In this document: positions 1-11,623 of the stretch, one piece after another
Position numbering within the stretch: the stretch's first letter is position 1
Layout: every line of letters begins with the position of its first letter
Assembly: GCA_965219535.1 (NCBI GenBank)
Contig: CBDCNV010000001.1
Location: forward strand, 1,620,001 to 1,652,000
Length of the DNA: 32,000 nt
Direction of reading: 5' to 3'
Source: Opitutales bacterium
Lineage (GTDB): Bacteria > Verrucomicrobiota > Verrucomicrobiia > Opitutales > PNEW01
Program-made: the position numbers and the translations under genes
The notes under the pieces: model-generated
Told to the model about the DNA's origin: nothing
The model's input: only the letters and a program-made list of their open reading frames with translations
The model's database searches: none

Positions 1-1388
1 ATACTAATGGGCTGCATACCCACAACACAATAGCGCACTCCAGGTTTTAGTTGATCCCACCAAGTAGATGCCCCCCATAATTTTGCTGCAGTGAGATAAT
101 CGATTTTTTCAATGTTATAATTATGCCAATTGACGCGGGTTATGTAGAGGAAAAGACTGCTTAATAATAGTAAAATACAAAGAGATATTCTGGGAAATTT
201 TTTGTAAACGTGTGGAAATAACATTGCAATAGTAGCAGCCCAGCTCAGTGGTAAATATTGATAATAGCGCAACTCATGGGATTGGGGGAGAATAGCTTGA
301 AAACACAGAAATAACGCCATAGCTAAAATCAGATAGGTTCCTTTTTTCCTATGAAAAATCAATGACAGAATCACAACCAGAATTAGATTTATTACCACTG
401 AAATATTCCAGAATCCACCCATGCGAAAAGCTAACCTGGCATTACCCTGATCGATAATCCAACGAGGTCGGTGAGTATAACTGGTTGGATGATTGATTTC
501 GAAAAAGGAATGAATGAAAAGCTCAATCTGGCTTAAGTGGGCTAAAGGGGGCGGCTTTTGTTTTAAAAGCGATATTGTTTGATCGTACTTGTACGGAAAC
601 CATTCACCCACCAGAGGTAATTTTAATGGCCAAAAAGGATTTTGGTAAAAAGCAAGATTCTTAATGTAAGGGGAAGCGGCGATTATCAATCCCACCGCCA
701 CAATCGCTAAGAATCTGTGGCGTTTTTTTGCTACCCAAAATTTTGGCCGTAGATAGATAATAAGCAAAAAAATAAAGAAGACGGCGGTTAAAGGGACCAA
801 TTGGTATTTGGACCAAGCAGCAGCGACTAATCCGAATAAACTCCATATGAGCAAAGAACGATCCTGATATTGATTAAAAAGATACATGTAGATGCATGAA
901 CTTATTCCTATAGCTAGGAATGAATTCGAAAAGAGATCTATATAATTGTCTGTCACGTGAATTAAAATCATCGGAGTAGTTAAGGCAATCAAAGCAACTA
1001 ACCAGAACCGGGCATTTAATTTTCGATGGCAAAAGACAAGGAAGATACAAAATGCTATATAATTGATAACTCCTGTGGCATTCATGGATCCGGTTATACG
1101 CCACAATATCCCTTGAATCAAATGGGGCAAAGGAGGAAAGCCTTGATAGAAATTGTACATTTCCTCATTCATTTCATAGGGAATGTTTAACCCTCCTCTT
1201 AAAGACGCAAAGGGTATATGGTAACTAAACGTGTCCCAGCGAAGCCCTAGACGTAATACGGATCGAATCGCCAAGATACTGAGAGCCACTATAACAATCA
1301 AAGCGCAGAGCATACTGAAGTAATCGATCCAGTTTCTATTGTTCAGATGATCTTTAAATCTGGCAATGAATTCGGTTTTGCTTTTCAC
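1..1388 (-). CDS. Polytopic integral membrane protein, 3'-partial (runs off the left edge); possibly a GT-C / O-antigen-polymerase-like membrane enzyme
   Basis: Hand translation of the minus strand gives one uninterrupted frame from GTG 1388 (alternative ATG 1313) to the window edge, more than 460 codons (VKSKTEFIARFKDHLNNRNWIDYFSMLCALIVIVALSILAIRS...FWLVALIALTTPMILIH...LVPLTAVFFIFLLIIYL...). About ten hydrophobic helices. It is absent from the ORF track because no stop lies inside the window; track ORFs 661-846 and 874-1104 are out-of-frame artefacts. The family guess rests only on size, topology and AT-richness. Confidence 0.6.
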   Translation of the reverse strand, partial: MKSKTEFIARFKDHLNNRNWIDYFSMLCALIVIVALSILAIRSVLRLGLRWDTFSYHIPFASLRGGLNIPYEMNEEMYNFYQGFPPLPHLIQGILWRITGSMNATGVINYIAFCIFLVFCHRKLNARFWLVALIALTTPMILIHVTDNYIDLFSNSFLAIGISSCIYMYLFNQYQDRSLLIWSLFGLVAAAWSKYQLVPLTAVFFIFLLIIYLRPKFWVAKKRHRFLAIVAVGLIIAASPYIKNLAFYQNPFWPLKLPLVGEWFPYKYDQTISLLKQKPPPLAHLSQIELFIHSFFEINHPTSYTHRPRWIIDQGNARLAFRMGGFWNISVVINLILVVILSLIFHRKKGTYLILAMALFLCFQAILPQSHELRYYQYLPLSWAATIAMLFPHVYKKFPRISLCILLLLSSLFLYITRVNWHNYNIEKIDYLTAAKLWGASTWWDQLKPGVRYCVVGMQPIS

Positions 1389-1554
1389 ACCTCTCTTGAG
1401 TAATTTTACATAGCCATGTAAGTCGCTTCTTTGGCTGCATAATCACTGCATCTCTCAATCTTTGGATTACTGCAGGCATAGAATTGATAAAGCGAAACTG
1501 TCTTGGATAATCCGAAGTAACAACACTCAACATAATCGAAGAAGAATTCCAGCG

Positions 1555-2310
1555 CTACAGCCGGTGGCTGTCTGCAGCGTGTTTTGCCCCGAGGCCATTC
1601 TTCATACGCATGAGCTGCCTTTGGCGTTCGGTCAGTTGGTCGAACCATTCTTCCGGAAATTCGTCGTGCGGATCGTTCTGGAATACGAGCATCCTTTTCC
1701 TGTAGTGGCCGAAGAGTGCGTGACGATTCTTGTCTCCGGTATTCCGACCCCCACCGTGCCAGGTCTGGCCGTTGAATACGAGCACGCTTCCAATCGGTGC
1801 GATCGCATCGGCTACGTGCTTCAGCTCCAGGCCTTCTGGCGGCGCGGCAAAGCCGCTCTTGTGTGAGCCGGGTACTGCACGGGTCGCACCATTCTTCGAA
1901 GTAAATTCATCCAGCATCCATACCGTATTCATCATCACGGGTGACGTCATGTTCAGCATTTCGGTCGAGATGTCGCTGTGCAGTCCCTGGTAACCGTCGC
2001 CGGGTCGAACGATTCTCGCATTCAGGCTTCCCAGGATCATGGATTCGCCCAGGTAGTGCTCCAGGACAGGCAGTGTTCTGGGATGGTCGATTGTTTTGAA
2101 GAAGACAGGATCGAGCGTCGGGAGGTTTGCGACGTGTCGAGCCGTTCCCCGATTGCTGGCTTCAGTTCCGACTTCCTTTTCGCAGCGTATCAAAGCTTCG
2201 CGCATTTCGACCGCCTGATCTTCCGTCAGGACGCGTTCGAGGATAGTGAAGCCGTAGACGTCGATATCGAGGATTGCTTTTTCTGTTTCTGTCATGGGTC
2301 TCAAACTCAA
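1555..2310 (-). CDS. Phytanoyl-CoA dioxygenase (PhyH) family Fe(II)/2-oxoglutarate oxygenase
   Basis: 251-aa ORF. PhyH-type motifs are visible: HxD triad element (GLHSDIS), distal His (QTWHGGG), and the typical N-terminal ...DVYGFTILERVL... The start may be ATG 2295 (MTETEK) rather than 2310. Confidence 0.85.
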   Translation of the reverse strand: MSLRPMTETEKAILDIDVYGFTILERVLTEDQAVEMREALIRCEKEVGTEASNRGTARHVANLPTLDPVFFKTIDHPRTLPVLEHYLGESMILGSLNARIVRPGDGYQGLHSDISTEMLNMTSPVMMNTVWMLDEFTSKNGATRAVPGSHKSGFAAPPEGLELKHVADAIAPIGSVLVFNGQTWHGGGRNTGDKNRHALFGHYRKRMLVFQNDPHDEFPEEWFDQLTERQRQLMRMKNGLGAKHAADSHRL

Positions 2311-2441
2311 GATTATTGCGTGACTATGGTGAATCAGAAAGGGTCATGTCGATTTTTTTAATTAATTGGCATCAACTGTGTTTGATCGAGATAATGCCTT
2401 TTACTTCATGAAGTGTAAGGCCGAATAGCTAAGATTCACAA

Positions 2442-4463
2442 TCAAGCGAGTTCGATTCTTCTGATGACTCGCTTGAGAATCCATTCGCCAAGGTGTCTGT
2501 CTCTTTCAGCGCTGAAGAAATCTCGGTTGTATGGAATGAGAGTGTCCAGGTCCGGATCATAGTCGCCATAGCAGGATGGGTTCTTCAGTGCTGCTTCTAA
2601 CGCGGGAATCAGGACCTTCATCTTCGCCAAGGTCTCCCGACCATAGTACGAGAGATTAGCACCTGCTCGGCATCGTGCCCAGAGAAGATCACTTCCCAAC
2701 GCTCGGGTAAAGGCTGCGATCGCTTTCTCAGGTTGTTCGAATCGACAGAGTGCGTCTCCAGCGGCGAGGCTTACGCTGAGCGAGTTGTCATTAACGAACT
2801 GGGTGAGCTTTTGAATGGTATCGTCGTCCGCATCAAATGACATCAGCCCAGTCACGGCCCAGTAACGGATCGCACTGTCTGGGTCATCCAGGCGCTCAAA
2901 CAGGATTGCCCTGCCTTCTTCACCTAAACGTGAGAGATCGGCGGTCTCCAGGATACGTTCGAAATTCTGACACTGAGTGCCCACTTCGTAGTTCACGCCA
3001 CCGTATTCTGCGGCCCTAACGATCATTTCTGTTTCATCGATAAGCCCCAGGTCTCGCGTCTCGATCATCCAGGCAAACAGAGTTTTCCGCATCCGTTCAG
3101 TGATCGCATCGAACTCAGGGTTGTCAGCGAGGTTGTCAACTGCTTCCGGGTCCTCCTCGAGGGCATACAATTCCTCGAACGGTTTCGATTCCTGCCAGAT
3201 GAGATATTCGGAGTGAGACTCTGGAAGAGGCATCAGGAACACGCCATCGGGATCATGTATCTTCTGCTCCCCCGGTAAACAGGAAGTTTCCCAGAAAGCG
3301 TGCTCGGGTGTACCTTCGGTTGGAATCTCCCTGAAGAATCCGCCGTCGGGAAAGAATGATCCGTAGGGTCGGTGTGGAAGGAAGTTGCGAATGTAGCGAT
3401 ACCTTTGGTCTCTCACCGTACGGATCATCTCATTGCAGTTGTCCAGTCGGTCACGCGCACCGCAGACATATTCACGGGACCGACTTCTTTCAGGTCCGAG
3501 AAATGCCTTCCCCTGGAAGTGATCCGGAATCGGCACCCCGGCCATACTGAGAACCGAGGGTCCCATGTCCATTGTCATTGTTAAGTCTTTCACGACGGAC
3601 CCCGGAGAGCCGGGCGCGTAGTGCTGATACGCTTTCGGGAATCTGACGATCAGAGGAACCCTAAGCCCATCGTCGTAGACGTGGGTTTTTCCGCGAGGGT
3701 AACCCGTTCCATGATCTGTCCAGAAAAAGACGATAGTGTTTTCGGACAGGCCTTGTTTCTCGAGATTCGATAACACTTCACCTACATGGTAATCGACCTG
3801 GGTAAGGGTGTCGTAGAAGAGGGCTGTCCGCTCACGCGCGAGCGGTGTATCGGGCACAAAACTCGGAATCGGGGCACTTTTGGGATCGTGTAGTTCATCG
3901 GGTTGTAACAGGTTTGACCGTTCGTTTCGAACCTGTTCAGGAGTCATCTTGTAGGTGCTGGCGTGCGATTCTGAAAAGCTGTAAACCGCAAAGAAGGGCT
4001 GCCCATTCGCTCCCTCTGCGAGCAGGGCATCGTTATCCAGGTACTGCTCCCATTCGACTGGGTCAATCGGGGTGTTGAGATCCGTATTGATAGGCGAGCT
4101 TCGATAACCCGCATCTCCCAGGTAGTGAGTCAGCATTTTGATGAAATCCGGTCGGATAACGAAACTGCGATGATGATGGGTGCCGACTGTCGTCTGGTGC
4201 ATCGCCGTAAAGATGCTCGTGCGGGCAGGGGAGCAGATCGGTCCGGACGCGAACGCATGGGTATATCGAATCCCTTCTATCGCTAGCTTATCTATATTGG
4301 GTGTTGTCGCGTAAGCATTCCCGTAGCAGCCAAGACTGTCGGCACCCACATCGTGGGTGTTGATCCAAAGAAAATTCGGGCGTGCGCCGTTTAAAGAGGG
4401 GTCAGGTTTCATGGTGTTTCGTAGAGTATCTGGATCTGTTCGGGCTTGACTCGGGGAGGCCAA
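2442..4463 (-). CDS. Formylglycine-dependent sulfatase with a C-terminal HEAT-like repeat domain
   Basis: 673-aa ORF. It has the sulfatase C-x-P-x-R signature (PICSPARTSIFT), an N-terminal NTHDVGADSLGCYGN and FFWTDHGTGYPRGK. The C-terminal ~170 aa reads as HEAT/armadillo-like helical repeats (DPDSAIRYWAVTGL...LSVSLAAGDAL). No signal peptide is visible at either candidate start (4463 or 4412). Confidence 0.9.
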   Translation of the reverse strand: MASPSQARTDPDTLRNTMKPDPSLNGARPNFLWINTHDVGADSLGCYGNAYATTPNIDKLAIEGIRYTHAFASGPICSPARTSIFTAMHQTTVGTHHHRSFVIRPDFIKMLTHYLGDAGYRSSPINTDLNTPIDPVEWEQYLDNDALLAEGANGQPFFAVYSFSESHASTYKMTPEQVRNERSNLLQPDELHDPKSAPIPSFVPDTPLARERTALFYDTLTQVDYHVGEVLSNLEKQGLSENTIVFFWTDHGTGYPRGKTHVYDDGLRVPLIVRFPKAYQHYAPGSPGSVVKDLTMTMDMGPSVLSMAGVPIPDHFQGKAFLGPERSRSREYVCGARDRLDNCNEMIRTVRDQRYRYIRNFLPHRPYGSFFPDGGFFREIPTEGTPEHAFWETSCLPGEQKIHDPDGVFLMPLPESHSEYLIWQESKPFEELYALEEDPEAVDNLADNPEFDAITERMRKTLFAWMIETRDLGLIDETEMIVRAAEYGGVNYEVGTQCQNFERILETADLSRLGEEGRAILFERLDDPDSAIRYWAVTGLMSFDADDDTIQKLTQFVNDNSLSVSLAAGDALCRFEQPEKAIAAFTRALGSDLLWARCRAGANLSYYGRETLAKMKVLIPALEAALKNPSCYGDYDPDLDTLIPYNRDFFSAERDRHLGEWILKRVIRRIELA

Positions 4464-4539
4464 CCTACGGTATTCATTCTCGCGTGTTCCTCCATTTTTT
4501 TACCTGCAGGGTAAGATTGAACTGAGATGCAAAACAACG

Positions 4540-7062
<2,523 letters not shown>

Positions 7063-7076
<14 letters not shown>

Positions 7077-7821
7077 TGCCGTCAAACATCAGTTTGACGC
7101 CGACAAGAAACAACATCGCGTAAGCCACCAGAAAAAAGAGGCGATCCGTTACGCGATTGTGTAGCCATACGCCCAGTCCAATGCTAAGTGGTGCGAGCGG
7201 CGTGAGGATGAGCGAGGTCATAAGGTTGCTGGCGTCGAACTGACCGAGCCATGTATAGGGCACAAGTTTGACGTAATTGATGACTGCGAAAAAAACGACC
7301 GTCGTAGCAACGAATTGCGTTCGATCAATTCCCCGCCGCAACAAGTACATCGTGATAGGCGGCCCACCGGCATGGGCGATGAAGCTAGTAAATCCTGCAA
7401 TGGCCGCGGCACCCATACCGATTGCCGGAGCGAATAGTTTTGGGTGAGTTTTCTTGCTGAGATAGGCTTGCAGGAAATGATGAAGTGTAAAAGCGATGGC
7501 GACAACACCAAGCAGTAGACGTAGTCGCGCGGGGCTCATGAATTCAAACATTAATGTGCCAGCGCAAATTCCGATCAACGAAGCTGGCAGCAGAATTCGC
7601 AATTCGGGCCAGATCCATTTACCGCGGTATGCCCAGAGACCGAGCAAGTCCATGAAACACAGGATCGGCAGTATAATCGCAGCGGCCTGAATCGGCGAGA
7701 CAACCATGGCGAGCAAGGGCACCGCCAGGATACCGATACCGGACCCGAAACCACCTTTCGAAATGCCGAACAAGATTACTGCCGGCACAGCGGCGAGATA
7801 AAACAATGTATCAGTGATCAA
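7063..7821 (-). CDS. TauE/SafE (TSUP, DUF81) family anion/sulfite-type exporter permease
   Basis: 252-aa hydrophobic ORF with ~8 TM segments. It shows the two-repeat TSUP pattern (GISKGGFGSGIGILAVPLL in the first half, AHAGGPPITMYLL in the second). The start called by the track is TTG (plus strand caa at 7819-7821). Confidence 0.85.
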
Positions 7822-7837
7822 TGCTCAGGCCTTTAAG

Positions 7838-7928
7838 TGTGCGTGGAGAATATCATGATCGGATAAGAATTCACTTTTTAGCCGGTAGAGACACGCGCCA
7901 TTTGAGGCTGACCTGAACGAGCGGTTTC
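7838..7928 (-). repeat. Leader/promoter repeat E, copy 1 (upstream of the TauE-like gene)
   Basis: It shares blocks with 10030-10116: gataagaa (7862-7869), agacacgcgcc (7889-7899, an exact 11-mer), ttgagg (7902-7907) and agcggtttc (7920-7928). The blocks are in the same order and at similar distances from the minus-strand start codon. Confidence 0.5.
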
Positions 7929-7929
7929 T

Positions 7930-8937
7930 TTACACCGCGATGCGCGAAGGCAGTTCGGGCACATACTGGTATTCTGGATCCGCCCGCTGCTTTTTTAGGA
8001 TGGAGATGATCTCTTTCCACGCCGCCCAAAGTCCATTATGACATTCCGGCAGCTCATGTTTAATCAGCTTGTGTAGCTTTCCCAGGTTGTAACACGGAAC
8101 GGCAATATACATATGGTGTTCGATATGATAATTCATGTGCCAGTACAAGAATCGGCAAAAGGGATTGAGTATTACCGTCCGCGTGCACAGGCGAAAATCC
8201 GGCACGTCGTCTTTGAGTCCAGTATGCTGGGTATGGTTGCATAAAAAACGCAGCCAGCCTCCGTAGAACACACCGCAGGTGGTCAGCACGGGCAACAGCC
8301 ACAGCCCCAAATAGACCGAAACGCCGACAATGGCCGCATGCCCGACCAAAAGGAAACGCGCCCAATACATCAACCGACGGCGTTTATCACTGTCTTCGGG
8401 AGGCAGTATATGGTTTTCCCATTCGCCTTCGTGTATGCCCCGGCTGTGCCGCACCGTTTGCCGCACCGTTGCCCAAAAAGTCCACGGGTCGACAAAGCCG
8501 CTGCGGATAAAATCTTTTAGCGTCAACATGCGCGGCATCACCACCTCCAGATCGTCCGGCTGATGCAGCGTGTATTTATGGTGCTCAGCGTGGCTGGTCC
8601 AAAACAGGATATGACTGCGCCATCCCAAAAAGCAGAACAGCCGCAAGAAGAAGGCGTTCAATAAGCGCGTCTTAAACACCGAATTATGACACATTTCGTG
8701 CGTCGCATTGAGAATAAATACATAGAAGGTCCCGTAGCAGAACAATACGGGCAACAGCAGATAAATCCGATCCTGCACCTTCCAGGCCAACGCACCCGTC
8801 AACAGGATCAGGGCGATATGAGTGCCAATCTGCAACAACCCTTTCAGATCGCTCCGCTTGATGAGCGCCTGCATCACCTCGGGCGGCACAGCTGTTCTAT
8901 GCCAACCAATAGTCCGTCTACTGCGATCAAGAGACAT
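7930..8937 (-). CDS. Membrane fatty-acid desaturase / hydroxylase family di-iron enzyme
   Basis: 335-aa ORF with the three His boxes of the FADS family in the right order and spacing: HEMCHN, HAEHHKY, HIEHHMY (plus HTQH). Hydrophobic segments flank the boxes. Confidence 0.85.
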   Translation of the reverse strand: MSLDRSRRTIGWHRTAVPPEVMQALIKRSDLKGLLQIGTHIALILLTGALAWKVQDRIYLLLPVLFCYGTFYVFILNATHEMCHNSVFKTRLLNAFFLRLFCFLGWRSHILFWTSHAEHHKYTLHQPDDLEVVMPRMLTLKDFIRSGFVDPWTFWATVRQTVRHSRGIHEGEWENHILPPEDSDKRRRLMYWARFLLVGHAAIVGVSVYLGLWLLPVLTTCGVFYGGWLRFLCNHTQHTGLKDDVPDFRLCTRTVILNPFCRFLYWHMNYHIEHHMYIAVPCYNLGKLHKLIKHELPECHNGLWAAWKEIISILKKQRADPEYQYVPELPSRIAV

Positions 8938-9270
8938 ACGACATCTTCCTCATACTATCGTCTTCCATATTTTCTTTCACGCACCAGTCACCCCGGCGCG
9001 TCCCAATCAGAAATGAATTTCATAGTGAGCTCTGTCTTGCAAGCTAGATCAACGCTGCTGCCACTGCATGCCCTATCCTTGGTCTCAACGGAGCCGCGCC
9101 TGCGGGATCGTTCGTAAAGACCACTCACGCGGTCTGGGTCTTCGGGTTTCTGAACAAATTCGCTCATCTTCATGCCCTTTTCGCGTACTCCGTGGGATGC
9201 CACCTTATTTCAGTATTCTCCTCAGCACCGGCGCCGGCTACACGGCGGAGTTCATTGACAGCCATACTCA

Positions 9271-10014
9271 TCAACCGGAGAAGTGTGTCGCGAGCACGCG
9301 GCTGATCGCGTTGCGACGACTGTAGAACTTGCGTGTTGCCTCGTCCTTTCCCTCCCAGAGGCGAGGGGGAAAGATCGTATAGTCGCTGATGTGCTGGTCC
9401 GTCGTGCGCCCGCAGTAGAGATGAATAGTGCGACGCTCAGAGTCGGTGATACGGACGTTGCCGGCGTGCACCGAGTAGGCATTGAACAAAATGGCGGTAC
9501 CAGCGCCGCCGGTAAGGTGTAATGCCGTCGACATGTCGCACTCCTCCTTGGGTAGAGGATCTGCCATCTGGGCGCTGCCGGGCAGGATGCTGAAGGTGTG
9601 AGTGGTGTCGTCGACATCCGTCAGGTAGAAGACGACGGACAGATAGCGGGTGTAGTAGGGTGGATGCGGTTCCCCGCCACAGGAGTCCCGGTGCCAGACG
9701 CACTCTGTGGGACCGTCCGGGTTGGCCCCTCGAATCATGATCGTATGTTCGTCCGCGCAGATGTCCGGTCCCATGATGGCTTCCATCAAAGAAAGCAGGC
9801 CAGGGGGCCGCATCGTAAAATCGAGTTCGGGATTGGCCAACAGGATGTTGAGTGCCTGGTTTTTTGCGTTCGGGTCACCACGCCACAGTGTAGGACGGGC
9901 TTTAAGATCACGATCTATGACATCATTGATGGTACGGACTTCTGCCGCCGTGAGCGCACCGGGAACAATGACGTACCCATTCTCGGCGAAAAACTGCAGC
10001 TGTTCAGCACTCAT
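9271..10014 (-). CDS. Phytanoyl-CoA dioxygenase (PhyH) family Fe(II)/2-oxoglutarate oxygenase
   Basis: 247-aa ORF. It has a typical PhyH N-terminus (QLQFFAENGYVIVPGALTAAEV), an HxD element (WHRDS) and a distal His (YSVHAGN). ATG at 10014. Confidence 0.85.
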   Translation of the reverse strand: MSAEQLQFFAENGYVIVPGALTAAEVRTINDVIDRDLKARPTLWRGDPNAKNQALNILLANPELDFTMRPPGLLSLMEAIMGPDICADEHTIMIRGANPDGPTECVWHRDSCGGEPHPPYYTRYLSVVFYLTDVDDTTHTFSILPGSAQMADPLPKEECDMSTALHLTGGAGTAILFNAYSVHAGNVRITDSERRTIHLYCGRTTDQHISDYTIFPPRLWEGKDEATRKFYSRRNAISRVLATHFSG

Positions 10015-10029
10015 TTAACGTCTCCGCGA

Positions 10030-10116
10030 GTGGGGTGAAGAATGTAAGGTCATCAGATAAGAAATTGCTTATGTGCTGTTACAGACACGCGCCTGTTGAG
10101 GTCAGCGGTTTCATGG
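10030..10116 (-). repeat. Leader/promoter repeat E, copy 2 (upstream of the second PhyH gene)
   Basis: Same ordered blocks as copy 1: gataagaa (10056-10063), agacacgcgcc (10083-10093), ttgagg (10096-10101), agcggtttc (10104-10112). By eye, roughly two thirds identity over ~90 nt. Confidence 0.5.
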
Positions 10117-10310
10117 TGATTCATAGCGAGACTAAGCCCGAACTGCCCCGCGAAGGCGAGAGTAAAGCTAGGTATTATGGATTCTGCTTCGTTTATCTCT
10201 TAAATCCATAATCATTTATCCGCTTGAAATTAAGCCTTACTTCGACGATACTGTTACTGGATTATCTGATCTTTGAGAGTTAAGTAACTCTTTAACTTTA
10301 AATTGAATTT

Positions 10311-10666
<356 letters not shown>

Positions 10667-10668
10667 GC

Positions 10669-10697
10669 CTTCGCCATTGGCGTAGGCTGCCACGTCG
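10669..10697 (+). repeat. 29-nt hairpin-forming motif DR1, copy a (two nt after the tmRNA CCA)
   Basis: cttcgccattggcgtaggctgccacgtcg. It can fold as gccttcgcc-att-ggcgtaggc. It recurs at 11107-11135 (27/29). Confidence 0.7.
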
Positions 10698-10698
10698 T

Positions 10699-10767
10699 AG
10701 CTCATAGAGCGAAGACGGGCTTAACTGTACAAGCGTACCATTCTCTTCGGCTACGGCTTGGCAAGCC
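10699..10767 (+). repeat. ~69-nt module B, copy 1 (between DR1a and GIY-YIG gene 1)
   Basis: agctcatagagcgaagacgggcttaac...ttctct...acggcttggcaagcc aligns with 22202-22268 (agctcacggagcgaagacggacttaac...ttctct...acggcatgcaaccc). By hand alignment about three quarters of positions are identical. Confidence 0.6.
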
Positions 10768-10847
10768 AGCTTAATAAATTACACAGTTCATTCACTTGCA
10801 GAGTAATCGTCTTCTTAAGTTGCGACTATTCAGACCGTAGCTAAATT

Positions 10848-11096
10848 ATGAAGGGATTCCATTATATCTACATGATGAATTCTATAAAATACCCAAAAAG
10901 AATTTACGTTGGTTCAACTACTGACCTCGAATCAAGGCTCACCAAACACAATCACGGCGAAGTGCCTTATACTTCAAAGTATATTCCCTGGCGCATTAAA
11001 ACAGCTGTTGCATTCTCCGATTCTAAAAGAGCAATGGCATTTGAATTGTATCTCAAGACTGCTTCTGGGAGATCTTTCGCAAAGAAACACTTCTAA
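10848..11096 (+). CDS. Stand-alone GIY-YIG (URI-domain) nuclease family protein
   Basis: 82-aa ORF: ...HYIYMMNS...RIYVGSTTDLESRLTKHNHGEVPYTSKYIPWRIKTAVAFSDSKRAMAFELYLKTASGRSFAKKHF. This is the GIY...YVG motif pair with conserved R and H/N spacing, typical of the ~80-100 aa single-domain clade. Confidence 0.85.
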   Translation: MKGFHYIYMMNSIKYPKRIYVGSTTDLESRLTKHNHGEVPYTSKYIPWRIKTAVAFSDSKRAMAFELYLKTASGRSFAKKHF

Positions 11097-11106
11097 AATA
11101 ATAACA

Positions 11107-11135
11107 CTTCGCCATTGGCGAGGGCTGCCACGTCG
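11107..11135 (+). repeat. 29-nt hairpin-forming motif DR1, copy b (between the two GIY-YIG genes)
   Basis: cttcgccattggcgagggctgccacgtcg. Two substitutions (TA>AG) relative to copy a still allow the stem cttcgcc-att-ggcgagg. Weaker similarity continues ~15 nt further (tagc-catag). Confidence 0.7.
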
Positions 11136-11204
11136 ACTTGTCTAGCCATAGTCCTCGCATTTTAACAAAAAATAAATATACGTGTATGCGAAGCCTGACC
11201 CTTT

Positions 11205-11429
11205 ATGTATTCCGGATCATTCTACATTGGCCATACTGTTAATCTGGAATCAAGAGTGACAAAACACATTAGTGGACAGGGTCCCCAATATACGAAGCAC
11301 CGTCGACCGGTAAGAGTAGTATATTTTGAAGCGCACGACTCACGAGAGAGTGTAATAAAAAGAGAAAAGCAACTGAAAGGTTGGTCACGTAAGAAAAAGA
11401 AAGCACTGATTAACGGGAAAATTAATTAA
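11205..11429 (+). CDS. Stand-alone GIY-YIG nuclease family protein, second clade; the N-terminal beta-strand appears lost or frameshifted
   Basis: 74-aa ORF: MYSGSFYIGHTVNLESRVTKHISGQGPQYTKHRRPVRVVYFEAHDSRESVIKREKQLKGWSRKKKKALI. It has the YIG, R, H and E(x)KREKQLK motifs. The expected first strand (x-YVY-x) is present just upstream (tac gtg tat at 11179-11187) but in another frame. The gene is therefore either 5'-frameshifted or uses a shortened N-terminus. Confidence 0.7.
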   Translation: MYSGSFYIGHTVNLESRVTKHISGQGPQYTKHRRPVRVVYFEAHDSRESVIKREKQLKGWSRKKKKALINGKIN

Positions 11430-11569
11430 TAAAGAAAATATCGTTCTTTTTTATTAGACTAATCTCTCGCACCGCCTTACTGCTCACCAATTGGAAATGC
11501 TTGCAACAGGACGTGTTACCTCTTTGCAAAAAATTAAACACGAGGTGTATTTATACAGCGCAGCAAGGA

Positions 11570-11623
11570 GTCAGGCTCTGCATTCTGACATACATAATTA
11601 TATGTCGGAATGCAGAGCCTGAC
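11570..11623. repeat. Near-perfect 23-bp inverted repeat (long hairpin) with an 8-nt loop
   Basis: gtcaggctctgcattctgacata-cataatta-tatgtcggaatgcagagcctgac has one G:T position and is followed by ccccttttgcctttt. It may act as a terminator for the GIY-YIG pair or be a small MITE/REP-like insertion. A half-copy atgcgaagcctgaccc lies at 11186-11201. Confidence 0.7.

Noticed and set aside
661-1104. Track ORFs 661-846 and 874-1104 (minus)
   Set aside because: They are out of frame with, and fully inside, the uninterrupted >460-codon membrane-protein frame.
1462-2361. Plus-strand ORFs overlapping the first PhyH gene; the same applies to 9252-10038 and 21217-21771
   Set aside because: These are long antisense or shifted ORFs typical of GC-rich coding regions. 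They have Arg/Pro/Ser-rich compositions and no motifs.
8988-9203. 71-aa minus-strand ORF in the 330-nt gap between PhyH and the desaturase
   Set aside because: It has no recognisable motif and an odd composition (Arg/Ser/Asp-rich) in a GC-rich spacer where random ORFs are expected. It cannot be supported, though a small protein or leader peptide is not excluded.
10669-11135. DR1 hairpins flanking a GIY-YIG ORF interpreted as integron attC sites / gene cassettes
   Set aside because: There is no intI, attI or Pc. The DR1 stem (7-9 bp, 3-nt loop) lacks the R''-L''/L'-R' architecture and extrahelical bases of attC. The analogy is kept only as an idea in the findings.
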